32,000 nt of DNA from NCBI RefSeq assembly GCF_000018465.1, contig NC_010085.1, positions 570,001-602,000 of the forward strand. Reading direction: 5' to 3'. Numbering within the stretch: position 1 is the stretch's first letter; each line of letters opens with the position of its first letter. A program made the position numbers and the translations under genes. Origin of the DNA: Nitrosopumilus maritimus SCM1. GTDB lineage: Archaea > Thermoproteota > Nitrososphaeria > Nitrososphaerales > Nitrosopumilaceae. The notes beneath the pieces are model-generated. The model had not been told where the DNA came from, did no database searches, and saw nothing but the letters and a program-made list of their open reading frames with translations. Below, one piece after another: positions 17,297 through 26,490 of this stretch.

Positions 17297-18034
17297 TCAT
17301 CTAAACTTGTTTGCATCTGAAAATCTATTTTTTCTGCTTTTTTGATATTTTTCCAGTTTGAATTCTTTTGAAACTGATTTTTCTTTTTTTAGTTTAGTAA
17401 GTTTTGTATTGACTACTTTGTTGTTTTCAGCTAAATCCACAATGAGGCTCTCTCCGCCAAATCTTCTATTCTCTACATTTGCCGCAAGAATTGGGATTCT
17501 GTTTTCTAATGCCCTGACTTGAACATACATGTGCCATGATTCTATCCCTCTTCTTACAATTCTGCTAGGTGACAACAAAACTTGGGCGCCTTTTTTTGTC
17601 AAAGTATTTGCTACCTGTGGAAATACCATATCATAGCAAATCACCACTCCGAATTTGCATGCAGTATTGAAGATTTTAGCCTCCTTTCCGGGCGTGACCG
17701 TATCTCTCTCATAATCAAATGGGTGTATCTTCTCTTGCCTGCCTATGAATTCTCCTTCAGGACCAATCACAGGTGCAATTATTGAAGATTTTTTCTTGTT
17801 ATTTTCATAAAATGCCCCTGGAATAATGGTCATTGAAAAATCTCTGGATATGTCCTTAAATTCTGAAAATTCTGTATCAAAGTCTGAAATTATATTTTCT
17901 TTTAGCCATTGTTCGGGAAGACAAACAATGTCAGTTTCCTGCCTGCCTAATTTTCTTAAAATCTGTGAAACTCTGTCTATTCCTTTTTGGTTATTTTGAT
18001 ATGAAACGGTTTGAATCATTCCTAGTTTTACCAT
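17297..18034 (-). CDS. Carbon-nitrogen hydrolase (nitrilase superfamily)
   Basis: 245 aa; Glu in 'GRQEKIHPFDYE', catalytic Cys in 'FGVVICYDMVFPQVANTLTKKGAQVLLSPS', 'WHMYVQVRALENRIPILAAN'. Confidence 0.88.
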   Translation of the reverse strand: MVKLGMIQTVSYQNNQKGIDRVSQILRKLGRQETDIVCLPEQWLKENIISDFDTEFSEFKDISRDFSMTIIPGAFYENNKKKSSIIAPVIGPEGEFIGRQEKIHPFDYERDTVTPGKEAKIFNTACKFGVVICYDMVFPQVANTLTKKGAQVLLSPSRIVRRGIESWHMYVQVRALENRIPILAANVENRRFGGESLIVDLAENNKVVNTKLTKLKKEKSVSKEFKLEKYQKSRKNRFSDANKFR

Positions 18035-18209
18035 GTTTTTAGAATGGGTATTTGGTAATTATAGGTAGGCACACATTACGATCAGAAATTTCATTTTTCT
18101 CTGAGTAACCGTTACGAAAAATATCATACTAAAACAAGAAAAATTATGCAATAGTGTCAACTAAACTTGTTAAACATCGATTATCTCACCAATTGAGACA
18201 TTATTCTTA

Positions 18210-21200
18210 TTGGTTCATGTAAAAAAAGTCGAGATCTTTGGCTTCAAATCATTTGGATTCAAGAATACCACTGTGCAATTTGAACCTGGACTTGTATCGA
18301 TCTCAGGTCCTAACGGTTCTGGTAAAAGTAACATCTTAGATGCTATCATTTTTGCAATGGGTGAAAACAAACCAAAGGTTATGAGAGTTGACAAATTACG
18401 ATCACTGATTCATGATATTGAAGGAAATAGACGTGGACCAAAAATGGCAAGATCTAGTGTTCATTTTGATAATTCTGATAGAAAGATTCCAGTTGATTCT
18501 GACAATGTGGAAATTACAAGGGAAATGGATGCAAATGGAGAAAATACATACTATCTAAACAAAAAGAAAACAAACCGTAGTCATATTCTTGATTTACTTG
18601 ATATGGCAAATGCTGGATTAGGTCAGCTTAATGCTGTGCAACAAGGAACCGTTACAAGAATTTCTGAATTTACATCTGAAGAGAAAAGAAAGACAATTGA
18701 AGATTTGATTGGACTTTCGTATTTTGATGAAAAAAAGGCTGAATCTGTAAAACAACTTGATGAGGCAGATAGGAGATTAGAAATTGCTCTTGCAAAAATG
18801 GGTGAAATAAAGAAACGAATTGATGAATTAGAAGAGGAACGTAACCAGAAATTGCGCTATGATATTCTTGAGCGTGAATTAAATCGATACAAGGCAATTG
18901 CTGCAGCTAACAAACTAAAGGTGATTTCAAGCCAAAAAGAGTCAAAGGAATCAACTTTACACTCAGTTACTGCTGAAATCACCACATTTGATGATGAAAG
19001 AAGTATTCTTAGAACTGAAATTGGAACTTTGGAATCTGAAAAATCAAAACTTATGGCAGAAGCTAATGATTATACTCAAGCAAAATCTGCACTTGATACT
19101 GAAATTGCAACTGCAATGGAACAATATGAAATTGACAATAGTGCAATCTCTGCATCAAAGAAAAGAATAGAACAAATTGAATCTCGAATTCCAGAAATTC
19201 AAAAAGAACTTGAAGATGTTGATAGTGCACGAAGCGATATAGATACACAGATTTTGAAAATTAAAGAATCTATTGAACAAACCAATGTAAAGAAAAACAA
19301 AATTAATTCTGATTTAGAAATTGTCGACTCTCAAAGAAATAAAATTTTAGATGAACAATCACAAGCTGCAGCTAAAAAATCTGAGATTGATCAAAAAATT
19401 AAAGAGTTAACAACTCAACTTAATGATGCAAAATTAAAACTCTCTAAACTACAACACGAAAAAGAAGAATCAAAAATTAAAGTTGAATCAAACACTGCAA
19501 AACTACAAGGTCTTGAACAAGGTATTGAAGAACTGACTTCATCAAAAACAAAACTAGAATCTATGATCAAAAACCATAACGCTACAATTACTGAATTAAA
19601 ATCTAGAATACAAAAACTACAATCAAAAAAATCTAAAATTGTTTCCGATATGGATGAATGGGGGGAAATTTTAGAAAAATCTAATCAAGCTGCAACTCGT
19701 TATGAATCAAAAATTAAAACTGTTAAAGGATTCATGCATGAAGACTATACTGTTGCAAAATTAAAAGAAGATGCAGAACAACTTGGCATTGAAGGTTTAG
19801 TTTATGAAATGATTTCTTGGGATAAACAATACGAGCGTTCTATCTTAGCTGTAAGTTCTGATTGGATTAAAGCAATAGTTGTAAAAGACTTTGCAACTCT
19901 TCTTGGGATTGCAGAGTTTGCAAGGTCTAGAAAATTATCTAAACTCAAGATTATTCCTATGGATTCTATCCCTAAATTCAAACTAAAACTACCTACCGAT
20001 TCAGGCGTAATAGGTGTCCTTTCAGACTTTGTACGCTGCAAACCTGCCTATGCTGAACTCAAAACTTTCCTATTTGGAAATATTATTCTCACTGAAACCC
20101 GAGAATCTGCATACAATGTTTCTCAGTCTGGATACAAGGCAGTTACTATGGATGGTGAATATTTTGAAGCAAAAGGTGGAACTGTTGTTATTGATATTGA
20201 TTCAAAGATATCAAAACTTACAAAATTAATTTCGATGAGTAGTGATGTTGATGGTTTATTCCAATCAATTAATGCTGTAAAGAAGTATCTTCTACTGAAA
20301 AAGAATGCCATTAAAAAATTAGATGACTCTATTCAATTAAATTCTGAACGACTTTCAATTTCTGAACAATCTCTTGCATCTACCAATGAACATTACTCTA
20401 CCCTTACACCTAGAATTGAATCTGCACTAAACATGAAAGAACAAATCACAACTAGAATTGCTGATTTGACTTCTCGTGATCAAAACATTGAATCTGAAGT
20501 TCTTACAAATGAATCACATGTTGAATCCTTACTAGAACGTATATCCATTGTAGAAGAAAACTATGCAAGTGGAGAACAAGCACGTATTGCAAATGAATTA
20601 TCTAGAATCAATGCAAAGAAAGCTGAAGTCGAAAAACTATACACCACCATTACCAATGAATATCGTGACAAGGCTTCACAATTAACAACATTAGAAACTC
20701 AAGATAATCGTGAAAAATCTCAATCTAACCGTCTTCATGATGAAGAACGTTCATTGAGTTTGGAAAAAGAAGAATTACAATCAAAAATTAATGAACTAGA
20801 AGTCCAAAAAGAATCAAAGAATGAAGTTCTTGTAAAACTAAGAGAAAAAGAACAAGAACTTATTGAGACATCTGGTTCTTCTATTGGACAACTCAAAGAG
20901 TTTGATGACAAACTCAAAGTATTATCTGAGAAAGATAGAGAATTGACTAAACAAATCAATACTTTGGAGAGACAATCTGACTCTTTGAACCGTGATTTGA
21001 GGGATTTAGTTGAAAATGAGACTAAATTACAGCAAATTCTCTCTGCATTTGGCTTTGACAAAGACATGGAGACATTTGATGTAGAATCTATTGTTCAAGG
21101 GCTGTCTGCAGAATTGGCTTCATTAAATGCACTAAATGCAAAAGCTCCTGAAACTTATCTTGAAGTATCTTATGGTTATCGTTCAATGTCTACTAGAAAG

Positions 21201-21734
21201 AATTCTCTTGAAGAAGAAAGAAACTCTATTGTAAAATTCATTGAAGACATTGAAAAGGACAAGCGTCAGACATTCTTGGATGCATTTGACAAAGTCGATA
21301 AAGAAATTAAATTAATTTTCAACAAGATGACTGGTGGAAATGCATGGTTAGAACTACAAAATGAAGATGATATATTCAATTCTGGAATTTCATACTTGAT
21401 ACAATTTCCAAATAAACCAAAAAGAGAATCTACATCCATTAGTGGTGGTGAGAAGACACTAGCTGCAATTGTATTTGTACTTGCTTTACAAAAACTCAAA
21501 CCTTCCCCATTTTACTTGTTTGATGAAGTAGATGCACACCTTGATGCTCCAAACTCTGAAAGACTCTCAAATATTTTAGAAGAGCGAGCAAAAGAAAGCC
21601 AATTCATTATGGTTTCACTAAAAGACTCTGTAGTCCAAAAAGCAAAACTGATCTATGGTGTATTTCCAAAGAATGGTGTGTCAAACGTTGTCACTTACAA
21701 GGACAAACGTATGCCTTCTGTTAGAACATCTTAG
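18210..21734 (+). CDS. smc: Chromosome segregation ATPase SMC
   Basis: 1174 aa, TTG start; Walker A 'SGPNGSGKSNILDAI', hinge 'GIEGLVYEMI', long coiled coils, ABC signature 'SISGGEKTLAAIVFVLALQKLKPSPFYLFDEVDAHLD'. Confidence 0.97.
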   Translation: MVHVKKVEIFGFKSFGFKNTTVQFEPGLVSISGPNGSGKSNILDAIIFAMGENKPKVMRVDKLRSLIHDIEGNRRGPKMARSSVHFDNSDRKIPVDSDNVEITREMDANGENTYYLNKKKTNRSHILDLLDMANAGLGQLNAVQQGTVTRISEFTSEEKRKTIEDLIGLSYFDEKKAESVKQLDEADRRLEIALAKMGEIKKRIDELEEERNQKLRYDILERELNRYKAIAAANKLKVISSQKESKESTLHSVTAEITTFDDERSILRTEIGTLESEKSKLMAEANDYTQAKSALDTEIATAMEQYEIDNSAISASKKRIEQIESRIPEIQKELEDVDSARSDIDTQILKIKESIEQTNVKKNKINSDLEIVDSQRNKILDEQSQAAAKKSEIDQKIKELTTQLNDAKLKLSKLQHEKEESKIKVESNTAKLQGLEQGIEELTSSKTKLESMIKNHNATITELKSRIQKLQSKKSKIVSDMDEWGEILEKSNQAATRYESKIKTVKGFMHEDYTVAKLKEDAEQLGIEGLVYEMISWDKQYERSILAVSSDWIKAIVVKDFATLLGIAEFARSRKLSKLKIIPMDSIPKFKLKLPTDSGVIGVLSDFVRCKPAYAELKTFLFGNIILTETRESAYNVSQSGYKAVTMDGEYFEAKGGTVVIDIDSKISKLTKLISMSSDVDGLFQSINAVKKYLLLKKNAIKKLDDSIQLNSERLSISEQSLASTNEHYSTLTPRIESALNMKEQITTRIADLTSRDQNIESEVLTNESHVESLLERISIVEENYASGEQARIANELSRINAKKAEVEKLYTTITNEYRDKASQLTTLETQDNREKSQSNRLHDEERSLSLEKEELQSKINELEVQKESKNEVLVKLREKEQELIETSGSSIGQLKEFDDKLKVLSEKDRELTKQINTLERQSDSLNRDLRDLVENETKLQQILSAFGFDKDMETFDVESIVQGLSAELASLNALNAKAPETYLEVSYGYRSMSTRKNSLEEERNSIVKFIEDIEKDKRQTFLDAFDKVDKEIKLIFNKMTGGNAWLELQNEDDIFNSGISYLIQFPNKPKRESTSISGGEKTLAAIVFVLALQKLKPSPFYLFDEVDAHLDAPNSERLSNILEERAKESQFIMVSLKDSVVQKAKLIYGVFPKNGVSNVVTYKDKRMPSVRTS

Positions 21735-22699
21735 TTGATTTTTACATGACAAGCTGAATAGTGCTCATCATCTATCTTTTCAAACTTTGGTTCTGTTTCA
21801 CATTTGTCAATAACATATGGGCATCTGTTTCTGAATCTACAGCCATGTAGAATATCGATATCTGACGGTTCGTTGATTCTGATTTTTTTATCCTTGTGTA
21901 AATTGTCTGGATTTGGCTCTGATATTGCGTCAATTAACGCCTGTGTGTAAGGATGTTTTGGGCTAAGAAGCACTTGATCAATAGGTCCTACTTCTACAAT
22001 CTTTCCTAAATACAAAATTCCTATTCTTTGACCAAAATACCTTGCAGTTGCCAAATCATGTGTGATATAGATAAATGAAATGTTGTATTTTTTTTGTAAT
22101 TCATGCATCAACTCTAGCATTTCAGCTCTAATTGATACATCAAGCATTGAGACTGGTTCATCTGCTAAAATGACTTTTGGTTTTAATGACAGAGCTCTTG
22201 CTAAAACCACTCTTTGTCTTTGACCTCCTGACAACATATGTGGATATTTTTTGATTATTTCTTCAGCTGGTTCTAGCTTAACTTCATGAAGAACTTCGAT
22301 TACTCTTCTTCGTCTTTTGTCTTTATTTCCAATATTGTGAATTTCAAGTGGCTCTGAAACAATATCTCCAATCTTCATTCTTGGATTTATCGAATCATAT
22401 GGATCCTGATGAATCATTTGACATCCCATTCTGATTTTTTGCAAATTTTCAGGATTGTTGTCAATTTCTTGTCCTTCGAAAAATATTTTTCCTGAATCCG
22501 GCTGTATTGATCTTAAAATTAATTTTGCAATAGTTGATTTTCCTGAACCGGATTCCCCTGCTAGTACAAACACCTCTCCTTTCTTTACAGAAAAAGAAAT
22601 GTCATCCGTTGCTCTTACTGTGTCAGATTCTTTTCCAAACATTCCTTTTTTTGTAAAATATTTTTTCAAATGCTCTATTTTGAGAATTTCATCCAACAA
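21731..22699 (-). CDS. Peptide/dipeptide-type ABC transporter ATP-binding protein (OppF/DppF-like)
   Basis: 322 aa; 'LAGESGSGKSTIAKLIL', 'LSGGQRQRVVLARALSLKPKVILADEPVSMLDVS', C-terminal Cys-rich 'GCRFRNRCPYVIDKCETEP' oligopeptide-type tail. 4-nt convergent overlap with smc. Confidence 0.92.
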   Translation of the reverse strand: MLDEILKIEHLKKYFTKKGMFGKESDTVRATDDISFSVKKGEVFVLAGESGSGKSTIAKLILRSIQPDSGKIFFEGQEIDNNPENLQKIRMGCQMIHQDPYDSINPRMKIGDIVSEPLEIHNIGNKDKRRRRVIEVLHEVKLEPAEEIIKKYPHMLSGGQRQRVVLARALSLKPKVILADEPVSMLDVSIRAEMLELMHELQKKYNISFIYITHDLATARYFGQRIGILYLGKIVEVGPIDQVLLSPKHPYTQALIDAISEPNPDNLHKDKKIRINEPSDIDILHGCRFRNRCPYVIDKCETEPKFEKIDDEHYSACHVKIN

Positions 22700-22762
22700 A
22701 TACTGTTGAATTTAGAAGTATATCAAGAGATATAGTTTGTGCGTAAAGAATTGGGTTAAGGC

Positions 22763-22769
22763 TTTTATG
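22763..22769 (+). promoter_or_regulatory. Putative TATA box upstream of the egtD TTG start
   Basis: 'ggcttttatgccc' about 27 nt upstream of TTG 22793. Confidence 0.35.
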
Positions 22770-22792
22770 CCCTCTAATACTGATTTTAGTAC

Positions 22793-23812
22793 TTGAACAA
22801 TACCTTACAAAAAAACAAAGAATACAAGAAATTTGTTGTTGATTCCAGATTACAATATTTCAAACCTCATGCCACAAAAATTGAAAAAACGTTTGCTGAA
22901 GAAATCTCATCTGGCCTTGGAACTAACTCTAAATCTATTCATCCCAAATTTTTCTATGACAAGAAAGGTTCTGAGTTGTTTGAAAAAATATGTTCTGTTC
23001 CAGAATACTATCCTACTAGAACTGAAATTTCTATTCTGAAAAAACTCCAGAGTGAACTGTCTTCCTACTTGGATGAAGACTTTAGATTGGTAGAATTAGG
23101 CAGTGGTTCCTCAACAAAAACTCGGTTAATCCTGGACTTTTTGACATCTCAAAAAACTCTCGAGTACTTTCCAATAGATATCTCTGAAATTCTTACAGAA
23201 AGTTCTGAAGAATTACTAAATGATTATCAAAATCTTACAATTACTGGCATTATCGATACTTATGAGGGTGGTTTAGAATTTTTAAAAACATATGATGATA
23301 AAAGCAATCTCATCATTTTCCTGGGTTCCAGTTTTGGTAATTTCTCTCCAATTGACGGGTACAAATTTTTAGAAAAAGTTTATGCTACTATGAAACCTGG
23401 TGATTTGTTTTTGATTGGACTTGATCTTGTAAAAGACAAAACCATTCTTGAATCTGCTTATAATGACTCTGAAGGCGTAACTGCAAAGTTCAATCTTAAT
23501 GTTTTATCTAGAATTAATGACGAGCTTGATGCTGATTTTAATTTACAAAACTTTTCACATCATGCTATTTACAATGAAAAAGATCAGAGAATTGAAATGT
23601 ATTTGAAATCTCTGGTTGATCAATCAATAATCATATCAAAATCTGATTTGGAATTAAAATTACAAAAAGATGAATTGATTCACACTGAATACTCTCACAA
23701 ATATAGATTATCTCAAATTCATGATCTTCTTGATGATGTTGGATTTGAGTTAAAACACACCTGGCTTGACGATAAAAAATATTTTTCATTAACTTTGGTC
23801 TCAAAAACTTGA
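22793..23812 (+). CDS. egtD: EgtD-like L-histidine N-alpha-methyltransferase
   Basis: 339 aa; 'IHPKFFYDKKGSELFEKICSVPEYYPTRTEISIL', 'LVELGSGSSTKTRLILD', 'IIFLGSSFGNF', 'FLIGLDLVKDKTILESAYND'. Confidence 0.92.
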   Translation: MNNTLQKNKEYKKFVVDSRLQYFKPHATKIEKTFAEEISSGLGTNSKSIHPKFFYDKKGSELFEKICSVPEYYPTRTEISILKKLQSELSSYLDEDFRLVELGSGSSTKTRLILDFLTSQKTLEYFPIDISEILTESSEELLNDYQNLTITGIIDTYEGGLEFLKTYDDKSNLIIFLGSSFGNFSPIDGYKFLEKVYATMKPGDLFLIGLDLVKDKTILESAYNDSEGVTAKFNLNVLSRINDELDADFNLQNFSHHAIYNEKDQRIEMYLKSLVDQSIIISKSDLELKLQKDELIHTEYSHKYRLSQIHDLLDDVGFELKHTWLDDKKYFSLTLVSKT

Positions 23813-23852
23813 TAGATTTTCCATAGTTTGTGCCTAAATACTAAGTCAGGAT

Positions 23853-24419
23853 TCAGTAAGGAGTTCCTTTCTCTCTCTGATTTTTTAATGCATTAAGATA
23901 CCATTCAAATTCGTCTAAAAAACGTTCAATTCTTTTTTCATATTCTTGATGCAAGAGATTTCCTGATTCATCAAATGCTTCATGTACTTTAGAAATTTGA
24001 AGTGAAGATGGAATTGATGGGGAACCTAATTCTGCAAAAATATGCCGTAAATGCTGTGCTGCATTAATTCCTCCAAAGGAACCTACTGAATAGGAAACTA
24101 TGGCAGAAGGTTTGAAAAAATATTCTTCAAGACAATAATCAAGGGTATTTTTCAAGGCAGCTGATATTGTATGGTTGTATTCAGGCGTAATTGGAACATA
24201 TCCATCAGCAGAAATTATCATATCATGTAATTTTTGGAATTTAGATTCAGGATTTTCCATTTCTTTATACATTCTATCTAAAATTGGTAAATCCAACTCC
24301 ATTGGATCCACTACTGAGACTTTGTGTCTTCTATCTTGAATTTTCTTCGTGATGTATCGTCCTACTCTTTCTCCATTTCTATCCTTTCTTAGAGAACCTA
24401 AAATTACTGCTATGTTCAT
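23853..24419 (-). CDS. NADPH-dependent FMN reductase family protein
   Basis: 188 aa; 'AVILGSLRKDRNGERVGRYI', 'PEYNHTISAALKNTLDYC', 'YSVGSFGGINAAQHLR'. Confidence 0.88.
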   Translation of the reverse strand: MNIAVILGSLRKDRNGERVGRYITKKIQDRRHKVSVVDPMELDLPILDRMYKEMENPESKFQKLHDMIISADGYVPITPEYNHTISAALKNTLDYCLEEYFFKPSAIVSYSVGSFGGINAAQHLRHIFAELGSPSIPSSLQISKVHEAFDESGNLLHQEYEKRIERFLDEFEWYLNALKNQREKGTPY

Positions 24420-24506
24420 ACCAACAAACTTTCAAATTATGTCATAAAGTTTTCTCCAAAACTAATCCCAATCTTTGTTTGATTCTACACTAAAATATTT
24501 GTAAAA

Positions 24507-25175
24507 TTATTTCATTTTTTGCATTAGTTCTTCAAACACAACTAATGGTTGTTTACCTTCGATTTTTTGATATTCTCCACGCTCATTTACAACAATAAAT
24601 GTTGGAGTTTGGTTTACTTCATGTACCTCTCCTAACTTTAGACTTTGATCAATTTTTTGATTAAATTCTGAAGAAGACATACATTCATCATATTTTTCCA
24701 TATCTAAATTAATCTGACTTGCAAAATCTCTTATTTTATCTGCACTTGCCCATCCATCATTGGTGTCTCCTTGGTTTAGATATAATATTTCATGAAATTC
24801 CCAATACATCCCTTGTTGTTCTGCACAATAACTTGCATGTGCTGTAGGATAGGAATCATCTCCTAAAAATGGATAATCCACAAACACCAATTCCACTTGA
24901 CCTGATTCTATATACTTCTCTTTCAAAGGCATTGCAGTTTCTTTATACCACTCACTACAAAATGGACACTGGAAATCTCCAAATTCTATAATTGTAATTG
25001 GTGCATTTGAATTGCCCAAAGAGTGGCTGTATTGTTTGATGTTTTCTACATCTACCCTAGCTGCTTCTGCCACCTTGGTGTTCATATCCATTCCAGTTAC
25101 TGCATAAATACTCATGGCAATACCAACAACAATCACTGCAGCTGCAATTACAATTTTAGTTGGCATATTAGTCAA
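24507..25175 (-). CDS. DsbA/thioredoxin-fold family protein with CPFC motif
   Basis: 222 aa; N-terminal anchor, 'PITIIEFGDFQCPFCSEWYKE', 'YCAEQQGMYWEFHEILY', 'QTPTFIVVN'. Confidence 0.9.
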   Translation of the reverse strand: MTNMPTKIVIAAAVIVVGIAMSIYAVTGMDMNTKVAEAARVDVENIKQYSHSLGNSNAPITIIEFGDFQCPFCSEWYKETAMPLKEKYIESGQVELVFVDYPFLGDDSYPTAHASYCAEQQGMYWEFHEILYLNQGDTNDGWASADKIRDFASQINLDMEKYDECMSSSEFNQKIDQSLKLGEVHEVNQTPTFIVVNERGEYQKIEGKQPLVVFEELMQKMK

Positions 25176-25229
25176 TAATGTTCGTAAATCGCAATTGATA
25201 ATTAATGTTTAGACATCATTTAATCAAAT

Positions 25230-26483
25230 ATGAACACAAGGCATCTTATTCCTATTCTCGTTTCAATACAAATTATTTTGATTATTGCTAGTTTTTTATC
25301 ATTATCTCACTTCGTCAACGAACATACCATTTTTGAAAATTCTGTACTTCTTGTATCTGAACTCAAACAACATTCAGATGTACTGATCTTTGAAGTGCAC
25401 AAATATGTTAATGGAGTTCCATACGCAGATCCTGAAAACTCGATAATTCACATGGAAGAGGAATTTAACATATTAAAAAATGGGGGAGTGTCTCACAATT
25501 TGACCTTAAACCCCCTTCCAACTAAATTTTTAAACGCACATAATATTGCTCAAACCAAATTAATTGTTTATACTAATTATGTGGGAGAAATTCTAAAAGA
25601 AGAAAATCCAAAATTCGGTTTTAATGATTTAATATTTACAAATCTCGATACTGCAAAATTTGACACTAATGGTGCTTTAGATTATTTATTATCTCTGATG
25701 CTAGAAGAAAATAAAATTTACAGTAAAAATCTTTTAATTTTACAAATTGGTCTTGCAATCCTAAATGTTGGAGTGCATGTAATGGTGTTATTGATTATTC
25801 TTGATCTTTTAAGAAAACAATCTGAAAAAGAAAGGCGATTAGAAAAATTGGCTTCAATTGGAGAACTTGCATCCCGAGTTTCACATGACATACGTAATCC
25901 ATTGACTACAATTAAAGGAGTGGTAGATTTACTAACTTCACAAAAATCTACTGTAACTGATGAGAAAGACATTCAACGTTTAGAATTAATAAAAAAATCT
26001 GTTACTCAAATAAATCATCAGGTAGAAGATGTACTTGATTATGTTAGAACAAACAAAATTTCATTAGAAAAAACATCTTTGCTAGAAATAATTAATCTAG
26101 CTGCAAAACGTGTTTCTATCCCTGATTCTGTTGAGGTTTCATATCCTGAAAAAGACTATACAATAAGATGTGACAAACTCAAAATGGAGATTGTATTTGT
26201 GAATTTGTTGTTAAATGCAGTTGATGCAGTACGTAGAGAAGGAAAGATTGCAATTAGAATGAAAAGTGTTGATAACTTTATTGAGATTCAGGTGGAAGAC
26301 TCTGGACCTGGAATTGATTCGGAGTCTATCTCAGAAATATTTGAACCTCTTTTTACTCTAAAACAAAAAGGTACGGGTCTTGGGTTGGCTAGCTGCAAAA
26401 ATATCATAGAACAACATGAAGGCACAATCAATGTATCTAACAATCCAACAACATTTACAATTATGATTCCTTCAAATCTCTAA
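25230..26483 (+). CDS. Membrane-bound sensor histidine kinase (orphan)
   Basis: 417 aa; N-terminal TM, extracytoplasmic region, second TM, H-box 'GELASRVSHDIRNPLTTIKGVVDLL', N-box 'NLLLNAVDAVRREGK', G-boxes 'VEDSGPGID', 'GTGLGLASCKNIIEQHEG'. Confidence 0.93.
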   Translation: MNTRHLIPILVSIQIILIIASFLSLSHFVNEHTIFENSVLLVSELKQHSDVLIFEVHKYVNGVPYADPENSIIHMEEEFNILKNGGVSHNLTLNPLPTKFLNAHNIAQTKLIVYTNYVGEILKEENPKFGFNDLIFTNLDTAKFDTNGALDYLLSLMLEENKIYSKNLLILQIGLAILNVGVHVMVLLIILDLLRKQSEKERRLEKLASIGELASRVSHDIRNPLTTIKGVVDLLTSQKSTVTDEKDIQRLELIKKSVTQINHQVEDVLDYVRTNKISLEKTSLLEIINLAAKRVSIPDSVEVSYPEKDYTIRCDKLKMEIVFVNLLLNAVDAVRREGKIAIRMKSVDNFIEIQVEDSGPGIDSESISEIFEPLFTLKQKGTGLGLASCKNIIEQHEGTINVSNNPTTFTIMIPSNL

Positions 26484-26490
26484 TTACAAA

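Noticed and set aside
18035-18209. 175-bp spacer upstream of smc considered for a tRNA or ncRNA
   Set aside because: No cloverleaf-like T-loop (GTTC) or acceptor pairing found by eye, and AT-rich throughout; probably just a promoter region. tRNAscan-SE or cmsearch would be decisive.
18988-21499. Multiple short ORFs on both strands inside the smc gene
   Set aside because: Gln/Leu- or Ser-rich shadow frames of the coiled-coil coding sequence with no independent support.
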